Positions 61,485 to 64,000 of a DNA stretch of 64,000 nt are shown one piece after another. The notes below the pieces were generated by a model that saw nothing but the letters and a program-made list of their open reading frames with translations, made no database searches and had not been told where the DNA came from. The translations under genes were made by a program, and so were the position numbers. Position 1 is the first letter of the stretch, and each line of letters starts with the position of its first letter. This DNA comes from Vitrella brassicaformis CCMP3155 (Eukaryota; Protista; Chromerida), in contig CDMY01000358.1 of NCBI GenBank assembly GCA_001179505.1, positions 39,162 to 103,161 of the forward strand, given 5' to 3'.

Positions 61485-63738
61485 TCATTCATCGCTGCGG
61501 TTTGTCCATCCATCCCCCCGACGGAAGCCGACGAGCACGTCCCATCCCTGCGTATGTACGTATAGACAGGCGCTGCATGCACGGCACAGATGCAGTCAGT
61601 CAGTCATTCTATCGATCCGATCCCCACTCACTCACTCGCCGCCCTCCCACCCACCCACCCGGCCGACCACCTGCCTGATCGACTCCTGCGTCCGTCCTAC
61701 ATGCCTACTGGCGGTTTCTTTTGTCGACCATTCTCGCATCGTGCGGCAGCCTCCGGCTCTGGTCGTCCCACAGCGTCCTGTCCGGTCCCAGGTATGCGCT
61801 AATGAAGGCCAGCTGCAGGCAGTGCAGGAATCGACACATACACACAGGCCTGGACCATCCATTCCAAGAACACGTCTGTCTGTCTGTCTGTGTGTCTGCG
61901 TACCAGGCCAGAGTCAACGTAGACGCTGATGCAGTTGGGATCGATGCGCCTCTGCTTGGCGATGGGGACCGCGTAGTCCTCGTCTGGCTGTAGTGCGCGT
62001 CTGTCGGTGGTCGCAGGGAAGTCGGAGGGCACACGGCCGTTCTTGGCGTACAGGTACAGCACGACGTGCGGCTTCTCGAGGGCCTCCAGACGCTTCACAC
62101 TGGCCTGGGTGAACCACCTGCACACACACGTAAATACTCGCGCGTGGATCACAACGGTGTCGTGTATTTTGTTGTTCACTTGGTGCAGTGGGCCGTGAGC
62201 AACTGCCCCAGCTCGCGGAATGCCTTGTCGACCATGTCGCGCGTCATGACACTCCGGTCGTGCTTGAGGCCGAAATGGAATGGCACCTCGAACGTCTATG
62301 TATGCGAGAGAGGATACAGACATACATACATACACACAGACAGACACACAGACAGACAGACACCAACCACACACAGTAAAATGCACTCATTCTGCCTCTC
62401 CATCCCTATCTATCGGTCCGTCTCTCTCTGTGTTGGTCGCTTACAAAGTGGCGGTGTGTGGCATTGTGGGCATTGTGTGTTGTGGTGGTCATGGTCATGG
62501 CGGCGTACTCGGCCTGTGACTTGTTAGTCCCCCGGTCGCCGATGCGCCTCGACCTGCCACACAGCACACAGGTGGGTGGATCTATGTCTGCCTGCTGTTG
62601 ATTGGCTGGCTTACAAAAAGCTGGAAACGGTGAAGGTGAGCTTCGTCTCGCCTGGCCCGGCCGTCTCGCCTGGCTGTGGTTGTGATTGTGGTGGTGGTGG
62701 TGGTGGTGGTGCCGGCGGCTGTTGCTGTGGTGCGGCCCCCAAATGGACGGGCATGTACGGGCACAACACCTGGGGGGCGTCAGCCAGCTTCCACACCTGG
62801 CCGACACGCCATGCCACACCACAGCACCATCAAACAAACACATATAGGTGTAGATGTCATGTCCGTCGTTCTGTATTCCTGCGTACGAAGATCGATGGCG
62901 CTCCCAGTATCGACTTGATGAGAATGTACGCCCGCTCCGCACCAAACGCCTCCTCGGGAAACACAGCCGCCTCCTCGCCTGATGGATGATACACACCACA
63001 CCACACCCCAGTGCACACACACATACACACAGACATGACCCATGTGCTCCCCGTACGCAGGATTGTGACGTCGGTTTCCTGGTCGTTGACCCACATGCGC
63101 ACCGCCTGCCGCATCAGGCGCGGCACTGCGCTGACGGGGAACTCGTTCACAGCAGACGGTGGCCGGTCGGGCAAGCTCTTGGGTTGCTGCCGGCGGATGC
63201 GCTGCTCCTTGTGCTTCGGCTGTATGTGACACAAAGTGAAGACGAACGTTCCTGCCTCTGGTTGCCTCCTTTTGCACCACTTTGCGTACCACTTTGCGGC
63301 GAGCATCGCTATCCTGATAACACAACAGAACCCACCAAGGACAGATGTGCTGTGCTGTGCTGTACTGTCCTGTGGGTGGCCTGCTGCTGGCCACAGGCCA
63401 CAGCCAGCACGTACCTCGTCTATGTCGTCGGCGTCGGCCTGCATCTCTCCCCCACCCTCAGCTACACCATGACTATCATCAACACCAGACGCCGCCTGAC
63501 ATCCAGGTGTGCATGCATGCCGTGACCATCACAATACATCACAAAGTGCACTATTGGGCATACTGTATTTCCGTACCTGCTCGTGATCTGCACCATCATC
63601 CCTTGCGATGGTGCCGCCCGACTCGTCGTGGCCGTCTGCTGTGGTGGTGGGCTGGGGCGCCGCACTCGCGCTGCTGGCAGGCTCAGACTGCTGCGTCACC
63701 TGCGCCATGGTAGGGGGACGCACGGGCGACTGGGCCAC
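61485..63738 (-). CDS. Hypothetical multi-exon protein
   Basis: Exons from ~63320 down splice in consistent phase (IAMLAAKWYAKW...VTIL-REEAAVFPEE...APSIF-VWKLADAPQ...TFEVPFHFGLKHDRSV...VYVDSGL-LAFISAYLGP...GWDVLVGFRRGDGW...*). The link to the 5' exons near 63738/63708 is unresolved. Confidence 0.55.
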
Positions 63739-64000
63739 GAGCTGAACAGGCGACGAGGTGCCAACACACCACTATGATATGAAATGGGCGACACCCCTCA
63801 ATACGCCCTCCGACTCGAAAGCGGATCGCGGATTCGAGTGGGCTAGAAAGAGCCCCCAGGCTGTGCGCGTCTCACAATTGGGAAGCGAGAATGTTTTGTA
63901 AGAATAGGTGGGAGAGAGTCGGGGAGAATGGTGAAGAGAGGATCTGCCGGGCGGTCAGTCCCGGATAAAGGATTAAGTCAATGCAACGTAAGGTCTGTGG

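Overview
Gene-dense, intron-rich eukaryotic nuclear DNA with GT-AG introns full of GACA/CATC/GT microsatellites and two N-gaps. The intron style and the bipartite plastid leader suggest an alveolate with a complex plastid, most likely a chromerid such as Vitrella (inference, not checked). About 15 protein genes, reconstructed by hand-splicing exons: a plastid-targeted type I signal peptidase, RPL26, short-form RPA1, a USP48-like deubiquitinase, DNA ligase I, the ASCC3/Slh1 helicase, SEC24, an FAD-dependent monooxygenase, REV1, a pentameric ligand-gated ion channel, a THUMPD3-like tRNA methyltransferase, MRT4, a GH27 alpha-galactosidase and three hypothetical genes. No RNA genes, CRISPR arrays or autonomous mobile elements were recognised. 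Most notable: (1) an ELIC/GLIC-like pentameric channel with no signal peptide, a register-shifted C-x13-C loop and a Glu in M2; (2) an in-frame spliced signal+transit leader upstream of the DNA ligase I nuclear start, a candidate plastid ligase isoform; (3) two adjacent, almost identical introns around a 25-nt ASCC3 micro-exon, suggesting recent intron copying; (4) the REV1 catalytic Asp-Glu encoded on an 8-nt micro-exon; (5) a canonical PIP box inside a ~400-aa insertion of the USP48 catalytic domain.
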